Shown here one piece after another: positions 19,099 to 27,413 of a stretch of 41,550 bases of DNA. The translations under genes and the position numbers were made by a program. The number at the start of each line of letters is the position of its first letter. The first letter of the stretch is position 1. Origin of the DNA: an uncultured Collinsella sp. (GTDB lineage: Bacteria; Actinomycetota; Coriobacteriia; Coriobacteriales; Coriobacteriaceae). The notes under the pieces were generated by a model that did not search any database, was not told the origin of the DNA, and saw only the letters and a program-made list of their open reading frames with translations. The stretch lies in assembly GCA_958421035.1 (NCBI GenBank), contig CATZKS010000001.1, forward strand, positions 1-41,550. The letters are read 5' to 3'.

Positions 19099-19803
19099 AT
19101 GGGCGTCGTCGATCCCTTTTCTGTTGCTCGGGCCGCGGGGCTTGAGCTGACCGGGAAGCCCGAGGGCCTCACGCTCACCGACGGCACGATGGAGCTGCGT
19201 GCCGATTTTGGCCGCATGCTGCCGCGACTCAAGCAGGGCCGTCTGCAGCAAGAGCTGTTGGTGAAGGCTGCGCGCACAAAGGGCATCGAGCGACCATGGG
19301 CGATTGACGCTACGGCAGGCTTTGGCGAGGATTCGCTGCTGCTGGCGGCCGCGGGCTTTACCGTCGATCTGTATGAGCAGGATTGCGTGATCGCGGCGCT
19401 CCTCAAGGATGCCTTGGATCGCGCGGCAGATGATCCGGCGCTTGCGACAGCCGTGGCGCGCATGCGCTTACATGCGGGCGAGGACAGCATTGCCGGCCTT
19501 CGCCATACAGCTGAGTTGATCGGACAGGGCGAGCTCACCGCTCCCGACGTGGTGTATCTGGACCCCATGTTTCCCGGGCGCACCAAGAGCGCGGCGGTTA
19601 AAAAGAAGTTCCAACTCTTGCATCATCTGGAACAGCCGTGCGCCGATGAGGAGACGCTGGTCGAAGCTGCGCTTGCGGTGCACCCGCGCAAGGTCGTTAT
19701 CAAGCGACCGGTGAAGGGGCCACTGCTTGCTGGCGTTAAGCCGAGCTATCAACTTGCGGGCAAGGCTGTTCGCTACGATGTTTTGGTGCCGCCGCGCCCG
19801 TAG
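19099..19803 (+). CDS. RsmJ-like class I SAM-dependent methyltransferase
   Basis: IDATAGFGEDS, DVVYLDPMFP, KSAAVKK, VVIKRP, RYD; AAGGAG RBS. Confidence 0.85.
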   Translation: MGVVDPFSVARAAGLELTGKPEGLTLTDGTMELRADFGRMLPRLKQGRLQQELLVKAARTKGIERPWAIDATAGFGEDSLLLAAAGFTVDLYEQDCVIAALLKDALDRAADDPALATAVARMRLHAGEDSIAGLRHTAELIGQGELTAPDVVYLDPMFPGRTKSAAVKKKFQLLHHLEQPCADEETLVEAALAVHPRKVVIKRPVKGPLLAGVKPSYQLAGKAVRYDVLVPPRP

Positions 19804-19851
19804 CTTGCGTGCGATGGTTGGCGCTCCGTCAGTGCCGTGCCGATGTGGGGT

Positions 19852-20154
19852 CTATTTCCAAGGGTGCGACGTCAGGTGCCAGCCGCCGCAGTATTCGCAT
19901 TTGTAGCAGGCTAAGCCGCGCCGCCCGCGGTTTTCGCAGTCGGCCATAACGGCCTCGGCCTCGGCGCACGTGTCGTAACGGTTTTTGCGTTCGCACGACT
20001 TGTAGCGCCAGGCTTCATCGCGCTCGGCGTTCAGGGCGTCGCGGCGCTCGTCTTCGCGCGCAAACAGGTCGCTCATATCGCCGCCGGTGGCAGTGCTCAA
20101 AAACTCGCTTTTTGCTTTTGACCAGGCGGCTCGCTTTTTGTTCCCCATCTGCAT
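19852..20154 (-). CDS. Hypothetical protein with C-terminal zinc-ribbon-like motif
   Basis: CERKNRY...YKCEYCGGWHLTS; GGAGAGG RBS; start 20154 or 20148. Confidence 0.7.
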   Translation of the reverse strand: MQMGNKKRAAWSKAKSEFLSTATGGDMSDLFAREDERRDALNAERDEAWRYKSCERKNRYDTCAEAEAVMADCENRGRRGLACYKCEYCGGWHLTSHPWK

Positions 20155-20222
20155 CGCGCCCCTCTCCAAACGTTGGTATCATTGCTCAATCAAAGTGATA
20201 CCAATAAACGTGAGGTCGCCGC

Positions 20223-20714
20223 GTGATGATCAGAAAAACCCTCGATACCGACATTCCCGCTGTCATGGCTATCTATGACGCGGCCCGCGCCTTTATGCGC
20301 GCGCATGGCAACGCCACACAGTGGCCCGAGGGCACGCCTTCTGCCGAGCAACTGGCTGCCGATATCGCCGCCGGTGGCAGCTATGTGTGCGAAGTCGATG
20401 GCCGCGTGGTGGCGACGTTTGCCTTTTTGCCGGGCCCGGACGAGTGCTATGACGTAATTGAGGATGGTCAATGGCGCAGCGACACTCCGTACGCCGTGCT
20501 GCACCGTGTGGCGTCCGATGGCACCGTGCACGGTATCGCGGCTGCGATGTTTGCCTTTGCCAAGGAGCGTGCCGATCACCTGCGCATCGACACACATCAG
20601 GACAACCTGCCCATGCAGGGAGCCATCGCCAAGGCCGGGTTTAAGCGCGCCGGTATCGTATATGTGTCGGACGGTACGCCGCGCGTCGCGTTTGATTGGC
20701 TGCGCGAGGCATAA
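20223..20714 (+). CDS. GNAT family N-acetyltransferase
   Basis: GNATQW, YAVLHRVAS, LRIDTHQDNLPMQ...GF. Confidence 0.85.
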   Translation: MMIRKTLDTDIPAVMAIYDAARAFMRAHGNATQWPEGTPSAEQLAADIAAGGSYVCEVDGRVVATFAFLPGPDECYDVIEDGQWRSDTPYAVLHRVASDGTVHGIAAAMFAFAKERADHLRIDTHQDNLPMQGAIAKAGFKRAGIVYVSDGTPRVAFDWLREA

Positions 20715-20741
20715 GAGCGGAGACGCGTATCAACAATTCGC

Positions 20742-20781
20742 GCGAACGAAAATGGCTCCGGGTGGGGCCATTTTCGTTCGC
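20742..20781. terminator. Long hairpin after the GNAT gene
   Basis: GCGAACGAAAATGGCTCC...GGGGCCATTTTCGTTCGC. Confidence 0.6.
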
Positions 20782-20968
20782 TGCGCCGTTTTGAAAGCCG
20801 GCTTTCGCAAGGCGCGAACCTACGAAAATCGCCGCGCGGCAACGCGGGGCGATGAGCTCGGTCGGGGGATAGGGCCCGCTTCGCCCGCCGGCCCGTAAAT
20901 TGTATCATCCAGTGTGGAGCGTGAACGCCCGTTGCCGCGTGCGATGGGCTTGCAATAAGAGGAGAGCC

Positions 20969-22972
20969 ATGTCGAAGCAAGCGGTCGTTGGAATCTTGGC
21001 GCACGTCGATGCCGGCAAGACCACGTTGGCCGAGGTCATGCTGTTCAACGCGGGTCGCATTCGCAAGCGCGGCCGCGTGGACGATGGCGATTCGCATCTG
21101 GACACGAACGCGATCGAGCGCGAGCGTGGCATCACGATTTTTTCGTCGCAGGCCGTGCTCGACCACGGTGATACCCACGTCATGCTCGTGGATGCGCCCG
21201 GCCACGTCGATTTTTCGGCCGAGGCGGAGCGCACGCTGCGCGCGCTTGACTATGCGATTTTGGTTGTGGGTGCCAACGACGGCGTGCAGGGACACACCGA
21301 AACCCTGTGGCGCCTGCTTGCACGTTATGACATCCCGACATTCATCTTCATCAACAAAATCGATTTGGAGAATCCCGGCCGCGATGTTTTGCTGGCACAA
21401 CTTGGGCAACGTCTCTCCGAGGGCTGCCTGGATGCCGGCGAACTGCTGGCGGGCGGGGCCGTTCAGGAGGATGCTGCTGCGTTAGACGAGGAAGCGCTCG
21501 AGGAGTTTCTTAAGGCGGGTGAGCTTTCCGTCGCGACGCTGTCGCGCATGGTTGCCGAGCGCAAGCTCTTTCCCTGTTTTGCCGGGTCGGCGCTCAAGGA
21601 CCAAGGCGTGGACGAGCTGCTGGATGGCATATGCGCGCTGATGCGTGAACAGGCGTGGCTCCCGGAGTTTGCCGCGCGCGTCTATCGTGTCAGCCGCGGG
21701 GATCGCGGCGAGCGCTTGGCATGGGTTAAAGTAACCGGCGGCACACTGCATGCCAAGCAGATGATTGGCGGACGTTCCGGTGCCGAGGCATGGGAGCAGA
21801 AGGTCGATCAGGTACGCATCTATAACGGCGAGAAGTATGAGCTTGCCCAAGAAGTTGCTGCTGGCGGCATTTGTGCCGTGACGGGCCTTGCGCACGTTCG
21901 CCCAGGGGACGCCCTGGGCGCGGAATCCGCGTGCGATGCGCCCGTCATTGCGCCGGTCCTCACCTATACGGTGCTTCCGGGCGAACACGATGTCCACGCG
22001 GTGTTCAAAGCGTTGGCCGAGCTTGCCGACGAGGATCCCATGCTCGGCGTAAGCTGGAACACGCATCTTGAGCAGATTCATTTGCAGCTGATGGGCGCCG
22101 TGCAACTCGAGGTCGTGCAGCGCGTGCTTGCCGATCGTTTTGGCCTTGCGGTCGAGTTTGAGCCCGGCGGCATTCTCTATAAGGAGACTATTTCGCAGCC
22201 GGTCGAGGGCGTGGGCCACTTTGAGCCACTGCGCCACTATGCCGAGGTACATCTGCGTCTGGAGCCGTTGCCAGCGGGTTCGGGCGTGCAGTTCGGTACC
22301 GTGACCTCGACCGACGAGCTCGATCTTAACTGGCAGCGTCTGGCACTCACCAACGCCATGGAGCGCGATCACTTGGGCGTGCTGACCGGCTCGCCCATCA
22401 CCGATGTGCGCATTACGCTCACGGGCGGCCGTGCGCATGCCAAACATACCGAGGGTGGCGATTTTCGCCAGGCAACGTACCGCGCGATTCGCCAGGGTTT
22501 GATGCGGGCGCGCGAGGCCGGCGCGGCGGTGCTGTTGGAGCCGTGGTATCGCTTTGAGCTCGAGGTGCCGGGGGAGTGCGTGGGTCGGGCGCTCTCGGAT
22601 GCCACGCGCATGGGTGCCGAGTACGAGCCGCCGACGATGGCGGGAGACCGGGCGACGCTTGTTGGTCGCGTACCGGCATCCGAGGTGCAGGATTATGCGC
22701 TGGAGGTAGCCGCCTATACGAGTGGTCGTGGGCATCTGTACCTAGAGTTCGCCGGCTATGCGGCTTGCCATGATGCTGAGCGCGTCATCGAGGCGGCCGC
22801 CTATGAGCCCGAGGCCGATCTGCCCAACACGCCCGATTCGGTCTTTTGCTCTCACGGTGCCGGTTACACGGTCAAATGGTACGACGTACCCGCCGCGGCG
22901 CACGTAAAGGTCGATTCCTCTACCTTCCGCCCCTGGCGAGCAGCAGACGCCGAGTTTTTCGGCCACATGTGA
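20969..22972 (+). CDS. TetM/TetO-like (EF-G superfamily) translation GTPase
   Basis: GILAHVDAGKTT, ERERGITI, DAPGHVDF, NKID, GHFEPLRHYAEVH, LLEPWY; start 20969 with GAGGAG. Confidence 0.88.
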   Translation: MSKQAVVGILAHVDAGKTTLAEVMLFNAGRIRKRGRVDDGDSHLDTNAIERERGITIFSSQAVLDHGDTHVMLVDAPGHVDFSAEAERTLRALDYAILVVGANDGVQGHTETLWRLLARYDIPTFIFINKIDLENPGRDVLLAQLGQRLSEGCLDAGELLAGGAVQEDAAALDEEALEEFLKAGELSVATLSRMVAERKLFPCFAGSALKDQGVDELLDGICALMREQAWLPEFAARVYRVSRGDRGERLAWVKVTGGTLHAKQMIGGRSGAEAWEQKVDQVRIYNGEKYELAQEVAAGGICAVTGLAHVRPGDALGAESACDAPVIAPVLTYTVLPGEHDVHAVFKALAELADEDPMLGVSWNTHLEQIHLQLMGAVQLEVVQRVLADRFGLAVEFEPGGILYKETISQPVEGVGHFEPLRHYAEVHLRLEPLPAGSGVQFGTVTSTDELDLNWQRLALTNAMERDHLGVLTGSPITDVRITLTGGRAHAKHTEGGDFRQATYRAIRQGLMRAREAGAAVLLEPWYRFELEVPGECVGRALSDATRMGAEYEPPTMAGDRATLVGRVPASEVQDYALEVAAYTSGRGHLYLEFAGYAACHDAERVIEAAAYEPEADLPNTPDSVFCSHGAGYTVKWYDVPAAAHVKVDSSTFRPWRAADAEFFGHM

Positions 22973-22998
22973 CAAAGTGACAGTTCCTTTGTCACATG
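22966..22998. repeat. ATGTGACAAAG palindromic repeat, copy 1, overlapping the GTPase stop codon
   Basis: CATGTGACAAAG-N9-CTTTGTCACATG. Confidence 0.8.
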
Positions 22999-23001
22999 CT
23001 A

Positions 23002-23031
23002 TTGGTATAACTTGGTATAAGTTGGTATAAC
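23002..23031 (+). repeat. Three tandem 10-bp repeats TTGGTATAA(C/G), probable operator/promoter element
   Basis: TTGGTATAAC TTGGTATAAG TTGGTATAAC, about 35 nt upstream of the ATPase start. Confidence 0.8.
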
Positions 23032-23065
23032 TATTGCCAGGGTTTGCCAATCCGAGGAGGCCGAC

Positions 23066-24184
23066 ATGAATCCAAATCCCTTTAAGCCAACGGCAGGCAA
23101 GCGGCCTCCGATGCTCATTGGTCGCGAGTCGGTCATCGAAGATTTCGAGGAAGGGCTCGATAACGGCGCCGGAGCGCCGGGTAGGCTCATGCTCATTACG
23201 GGAAACCGCGGCTGTGGCAAGACGGTTCTCCTACGGGAGCTGCAACGTCTAGCCAATGAGCGCGGATGGGCGGTTGTCTCCGATTCCGCTTCGCTTGGCT
23301 TATGCGATCGCTTAGCCGACGCGCTTCGCTCGAATAAACCCGTTGTGACGTCAATGGAGCTCGGTCCGTCGTTTGGCCGGATGTCGGTCGAGGCGGCGCG
23401 AGCAAAGGGCGAGACGTTGCGAGGGCTGGTCAACGAGCGCCTTAAGAAACTCGGTCCAGGCAAGGGCATACTGTTTGCGATTGACGAGGCGCAATCGGCG
23501 TCTATCGAGGAACTGGCGGCTCTTGCCGTTCTCTATCAGCAGGTGCTTGGAGATCAGGATGCCACGGGCTTGTCAGATAGCGACCAGCGCGGTCTTGCGC
23601 TGGTGTTCGCCGGCTTACCCAGTATGGTTGATGACTTGCTCGAAGAGCCGAGCGTGACGTTTTTGCGCCGCGCCCAGCAGCGTACGCTGGGGGCGATATC
23701 TTTGCCCAAGGTGCGCGATTCATATATCCAGACGGTCAAAGACGCTGGTCTTTACGTTGACGCGGAGACGGCGGACCTTGCGGCACGCAAGAGCATGGGG
23801 CATCCCTATATGGTTCAGCTGGTGGGATATTACATGTGGCGGTCTGCTGTCCGGCGTGGCTCGCAGGTCATCGAAAGGCGCGATGTCGAGGATGGCCATG
23901 CGGATGCCGTCTCCGAGTTCTACGAAGCGGTTGACGCGCCCCTGTATTACGGGCTGCGCAGTCCACAGCGCCTTTTTATCGAGGCCATGGCGGTTGACGA
24001 GGGCAAACCGACGCGCATGGCGGATATCATTGAGCGCTGTGATCGTACCCAGAGCTGGGCGAGTAAATATCGCGCAAGCCTGATTCGCGAGCGCGTCATC
24101 GAGGCTGCCGGATACGGCCTCGTCCGGTTTACCGTGCCCATGCTGGGCGCGTACGTTCGCGATCGAGTTTTATGGCATGAGTAG
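23066..24184 (+). CDS. AAA/P-loop ATPase (AAA_16-like) with probable C-terminal winged helix
   Basis: NPFKP...LIGRE, GNRGCGKT, FAIDEAQ, GHPYMVQLVG, YRASLI...G.VRF. Confidence 0.85.
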   Translation: MNPNPFKPTAGKRPPMLIGRESVIEDFEEGLDNGAGAPGRLMLITGNRGCGKTVLLRELQRLANERGWAVVSDSASLGLCDRLADALRSNKPVVTSMELGPSFGRMSVEAARAKGETLRGLVNERLKKLGPGKGILFAIDEAQSASIEELAALAVLYQQVLGDQDATGLSDSDQRGLALVFAGLPSMVDDLLEEPSVTFLRRAQQRTLGAISLPKVRDSYIQTVKDAGLYVDAETADLAARKSMGHPYMVQLVGYYMWRSAVRRGSQVIERRDVEDGHADAVSEFYEAVDAPLYYGLRSPQRLFIEAMAVDEGKPTRMADIIERCDRTQSWASKYRASLIRERVIEAAGYGLVRFTVPMLGAYVRDRVLWHE

Positions 24185-26690
24185 GGTGATAAAGGTGACG
24201 GAACAGAAGATGAGCCCGCAGGCTATCGAGGTGCGTGGCGCGCGCGTTCATAACCTTAAAGACATCGATATCGATATTCCGCTGGGAAAGCTTGTGGGCA
24301 TTGCCGGCGTGTCGGGTTCGGGCAAGAGTTCGCTGGCGCTGGGGGTTCTTTATGCCGAGGGCTCGCGCCGTTACCTGGAGGCGCTCAGCACCTATACCCG
24401 CCGTCGCCTGACGCAGGCCGAGCACGCTCAGGTGGATGAGGTATTGCACGTGCCGGCGGCTCTCGCATTGCATCAGCGCCCCAGCGTGCCGGGCGTGCGT
24501 TCCACCTTTGGCACCATGACCGAGCTCAACAATAGCCTGCGTCTACTCTTTAGCCGCTGCGCCCATCACGTGTGCCCGCATTGCGGGGCGCGTGTGGAGC
24601 CGAGCCTTAACGTGGCTGCGGGCCTGTCGCTCACGTGCCCCGCATGCGGCCGCGAGTTCTACGCGCCGGGTGCCGAGGATTTGGCTTTCAATAGCGGTGG
24701 TGCATGTCCCACCTGCGGCGGCACCGGCGTTATGCATGAGGTGGACGAGGCGAGCTTGGTGCCCGACGAGTCAAAGACTATCAACGAGGGCGCGGTGCTT
24801 CCTTGGGGCACGCTCATGTGGGATCTGATGAAGCAGGTGGCCGGCGAGATGGGCGTGCGCACCGACGTGCCGTTTAACCAGCTCACGCCTCAAGAGCGCG
24901 ACATCGTGTTCCATGGTCCAGCGGTTAAGAAGCACATCCTCTACGTGCCCAAAAACGGCGAGGGCGCTACGCCACTCGACTTTACCTATTACAACGCCGT
25001 CTATACCGTCGAGAATGCGCTCGCCAAGGTCAAGGACGATAAGGGCTTAAAACGCGTTGCGCGCTTTTTGCGCGAGGGCCCATGCCGCGATTGCGGCGGC
25101 ACGCGTCTCTCCGAGGCTGCGCGGCAGCCCCAGGTGCGCGGTATCAATCTGGCACAGGCGGCGGCCATGACTTTGGGCGAGGCGATTGAGTGGGTGCGTG
25201 GGGTGCCCGCATCCTTGCCGCCCGAGATGCAGCCCATGGCAGCGGATATCTGCGATTCATTTTTGAGCACGGCCCGTCGTCTGGTCGACCTGGGTCTCGA
25301 TTACCTTTCACTCGATCGCGCCGGTGCCACGCTCTCCACGGGCGAGCGTCAGCGCGTGCAGCTCGCTCGCGTGGTGCGCAACCGATCGACGGGCGTGCTC
25401 TATGTGCTGGACGAGCCTTCGATCGGCTTGCATCCTGCCAATGTCGACGGCTTGGTGGGCGTGATGCGTGATCTGGTGGATGACGGCAACACCGTGGTTG
25501 TTGTCGACCACGACACGCGCGTGCTGGCGGAAGCCGACTATCTGGTCGAGATGGGCCCCGTTGCCGGAGCAGGCGGCGGCAATGTGATCGCCGCTGGTAC
25601 GGTGGACGAGGTCGAGCAATCGCAGGGCAGTCGCATCGCGCCGTTTTTGCGCGCCGAGCCTAAGCGCTTGCGTCCGCAGGTGACTGACGAGGAAATGTTC
25701 GACCAGGGCCACATCCGCATGGCAACCGATGCCATCCATACCGTCAAGCCGCTCGAAGTCGATATCCCGCGCGGCCGTCTTGTCGCGGTGACGGGCGTTT
25801 CGGGCTCGGGCAAGACGACGTTGGTGCTCGAGACGCTCATTCCGGCGCTTAAGGCCCGGGCAGCTAGCGAGCGCCTGCCAAGACATGTGCGTTGGGTCGA
25901 TGCCGAAGGCATTGCTCGCGCAAACCTGATCGACGCCACGCCCATCGGCGCCAACGTGCGCTCGACGGTCGCAACCTATGCCGACATCCATGATGAGCTG
26001 CGCCGCGCCTTCGCCCGTACGCCCGAAGCCAAGGCAGCCGGCTACAAGGCAGGTGCCTTTAGCTACAACACTGGCACTCTGCGCTGCCCTACGTGCGATG
26101 GCACGGGCTCGATATCGCTCGACGTGCAGTTTCTGCCCGACGTCGAGATCGTCTGCCCGGCGTGTCGCGGTTCGCGTTATGCAGACACGGCTTCGCATAT
26201 CCATCGCGAGGGCAAGGACGGGAGCCTGCTTACGTTGCCGCAGCTCATGGACATGAGTGTGGATGAGGCGCTCGACGCCACGGTGGGACTCAAGAAGGTT
26301 CAGGCGCGCTTGCAGACCTTACACGACCTGGGCTTGGGCTATCTCACCTTGGGTGAGCCCACACCGGCGCTTTCGGGCGGTGAGGCACAGCGCCTTAAGC
26401 TCGCGAGCGAGATGGGCCGCGTGCAGGACGACGCCGTATTCGTATTCGACGAGCCCACGATCGGACTACATCCGCTCGATGTCCAGGTGCTGTTGAACGT
26501 GTTTGACGGCCTCGTTGCCAAGGGCGCCACAGTTATCGTGATCGAGCATGACCTCGACCTTATCCGTAACGCCGATTACGTGATTGACATGGGCCCAGGC
26601 GGTGGCGACGCCGGCGGGCAAATCGTCTGCGCCGGCACGCCGGGCGACATCGCGGCCTGCTCCGCAAGCATCACCGGCCGCTACCTATAG
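24177..26690 (+). CDS. UvrA-like ABC ATPase (class II / DrrC-like)
   Basis: GARVHNLK, two GVSGSGK motifs, LSTGERQR and LSGGEAQR, zinc fingers; about 830 aa; start uncertain (24177, 24195 or 24210). Confidence 0.88.
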   Translation: MSRVIKVTEQKMSPQAIEVRGARVHNLKDIDIDIPLGKLVGIAGVSGSGKSSLALGVLYAEGSRRYLEALSTYTRRRLTQAEHAQVDEVLHVPAALALHQRPSVPGVRSTFGTMTELNNSLRLLFSRCAHHVCPHCGARVEPSLNVAAGLSLTCPACGREFYAPGAEDLAFNSGGACPTCGGTGVMHEVDEASLVPDESKTINEGAVLPWGTLMWDLMKQVAGEMGVRTDVPFNQLTPQERDIVFHGPAVKKHILYVPKNGEGATPLDFTYYNAVYTVENALAKVKDDKGLKRVARFLREGPCRDCGGTRLSEAARQPQVRGINLAQAAAMTLGEAIEWVRGVPASLPPEMQPMAADICDSFLSTARRLVDLGLDYLSLDRAGATLSTGERQRVQLARVVRNRSTGVLYVLDEPSIGLHPANVDGLVGVMRDLVDDGNTVVVVDHDTRVLAEADYLVEMGPVAGAGGGNVIAAGTVDEVEQSQGSRIAPFLRAEPKRLRPQVTDEEMFDQGHIRMATDAIHTVKPLEVDIPRGRLVAVTGVSGSGKTTLVLETLIPALKARAASERLPRHVRWVDAEGIARANLIDATPIGANVRSTVATYADIHDELRRAFARTPEAKAAGYKAGAFSYNTGTLRCPTCDGTGSISLDVQFLPDVEIVCPACRGSRYADTASHIHREGKDGSLLTLPQLMDMSVDEALDATVGLKKVQARLQTLHDLGLGYLTLGEPTPALSGGEAQRLKLASEMGRVQDDAVFVFDEPTIGLHPLDVQVLLNVFDGLVAKGATVIVIEHDLDLIRNADYVIDMGPGGGDAGGQIVCAGTPGDIAACSASITGRYL

Positions 26691-26693
26691 GCA

Positions 26694-26724
26694 ATGTGAC
26701 AAAGGGGCTGCCCCTTTGTCACAT
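26694..26724. repeat. ATGTGACAAAG palindromic repeat, copy 2, overlapping the trmL stop codon
   Basis: ATGTGACAAAGGGG-CTG-CCCCTTTGTCACAT. Confidence 0.8.
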
Positions 26725-27318
26725 CCCTGCAAAGCCCGTTTGTCGTAGCGCCTCGTAGAGGACGATGGCGGCGCTGTTGGAGAGGTTGAGTGCACTGATG
26801 CGGTAGTCGTCCGGGTCGACGAAGTTGCCGCAGATGTCCTGTTGAAGGATGGCCTCGTGGCTGCCCTCGGTATGTCCCAGCGATTCCTCGTGGGCTTCCC
26901 AGGCCTCGGCGTTATCGAGTGAGTCACAATCGCGCAGCATCGGGATGCGCTCGCAGCGCGCGGGCGCCGCGGCAAGCAGCTCCTCGGGAATGCCCGAGCT
27001 CTCGCTGCCAAAGACCAAATAGTCACCGTCACGGTAGGTGCTTTGCGCATAGGTGCGGCGTGCCTTTTTGGTCAGCAGGTGCAGGCGACCATCGGCGGGG
27101 GAGAGGCCGTTGCGCGCAAGGAAATCCTCCCAGCTGGCATAGGTCGTCACGTCCAAGTTTTGCCAGTAGCCCAGTCCGGCGCGACGCACCGTCTTGTCGT
27201 CGAGCGAAAACCCCAGCGGCTCCACCAGATGCAGGCGGGCGCCGGTAACCACGCAGGTGCGGCCGATATTGCCCGTATTGGCCGGAATCTCGGGCGCATA
27301 CAGCACAATGTTGAACAT
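26719..27318 (-). CDS. trmL: tRNA (cytidine/uridine-34 2'-O)-methyltransferase TrmL (SPOUT)
   Basis: PEIPANTGNIGRTC, RRAGLGYW, FGSESSG, RIPM, LNLSNS...YEALRQ; start MFNIV with AAGGAG. Confidence 0.9.
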   Translation of the reverse strand: MFNIVLYAPEIPANTGNIGRTCVVTGARLHLVEPLGFSLDDKTVRRAGLGYWQNLDVTTYASWEDFLARNGLSPADGRLHLLTKKARRTYAQSTYRDGDYLVFGSESSGIPEELLAAAPARCERIPMLRDCDSLDNAEAWEAHEESLGHTEGSHEAILQQDICGNFVDPDDYRISALNLSNSAAIVLYEALRQTGFAGM

Positions 27319-27338
27319 GAATCTCCTTGGCATAGAAC

Positions 27339-27374
27339 GAAAAACCACCACGAAGGGGCGCCTTCGTGGTGGTT
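27339..27374 (-). terminator. Intrinsic terminator after the COG0523 gene, just upstream of the trmL RBS
   Basis: Perfect 14-bp stem AACCACCACGAAGG/CCTTCGTGGTGGTT with T-tract on the minus strand. Confidence 0.75.
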
Positions 27375-27413
27375 AGCGGTTACGTGGGCGGGCAAACGCT
27401 CGCTTCGATAAAC

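Noticed and set aside
20969..22972. Acquired tetM/tetW resistance gene
   Set aside because: Host-like GC content, no transposon context or leader peptide, and motifs of a distinct paralogous clade; no gene symbol assigned
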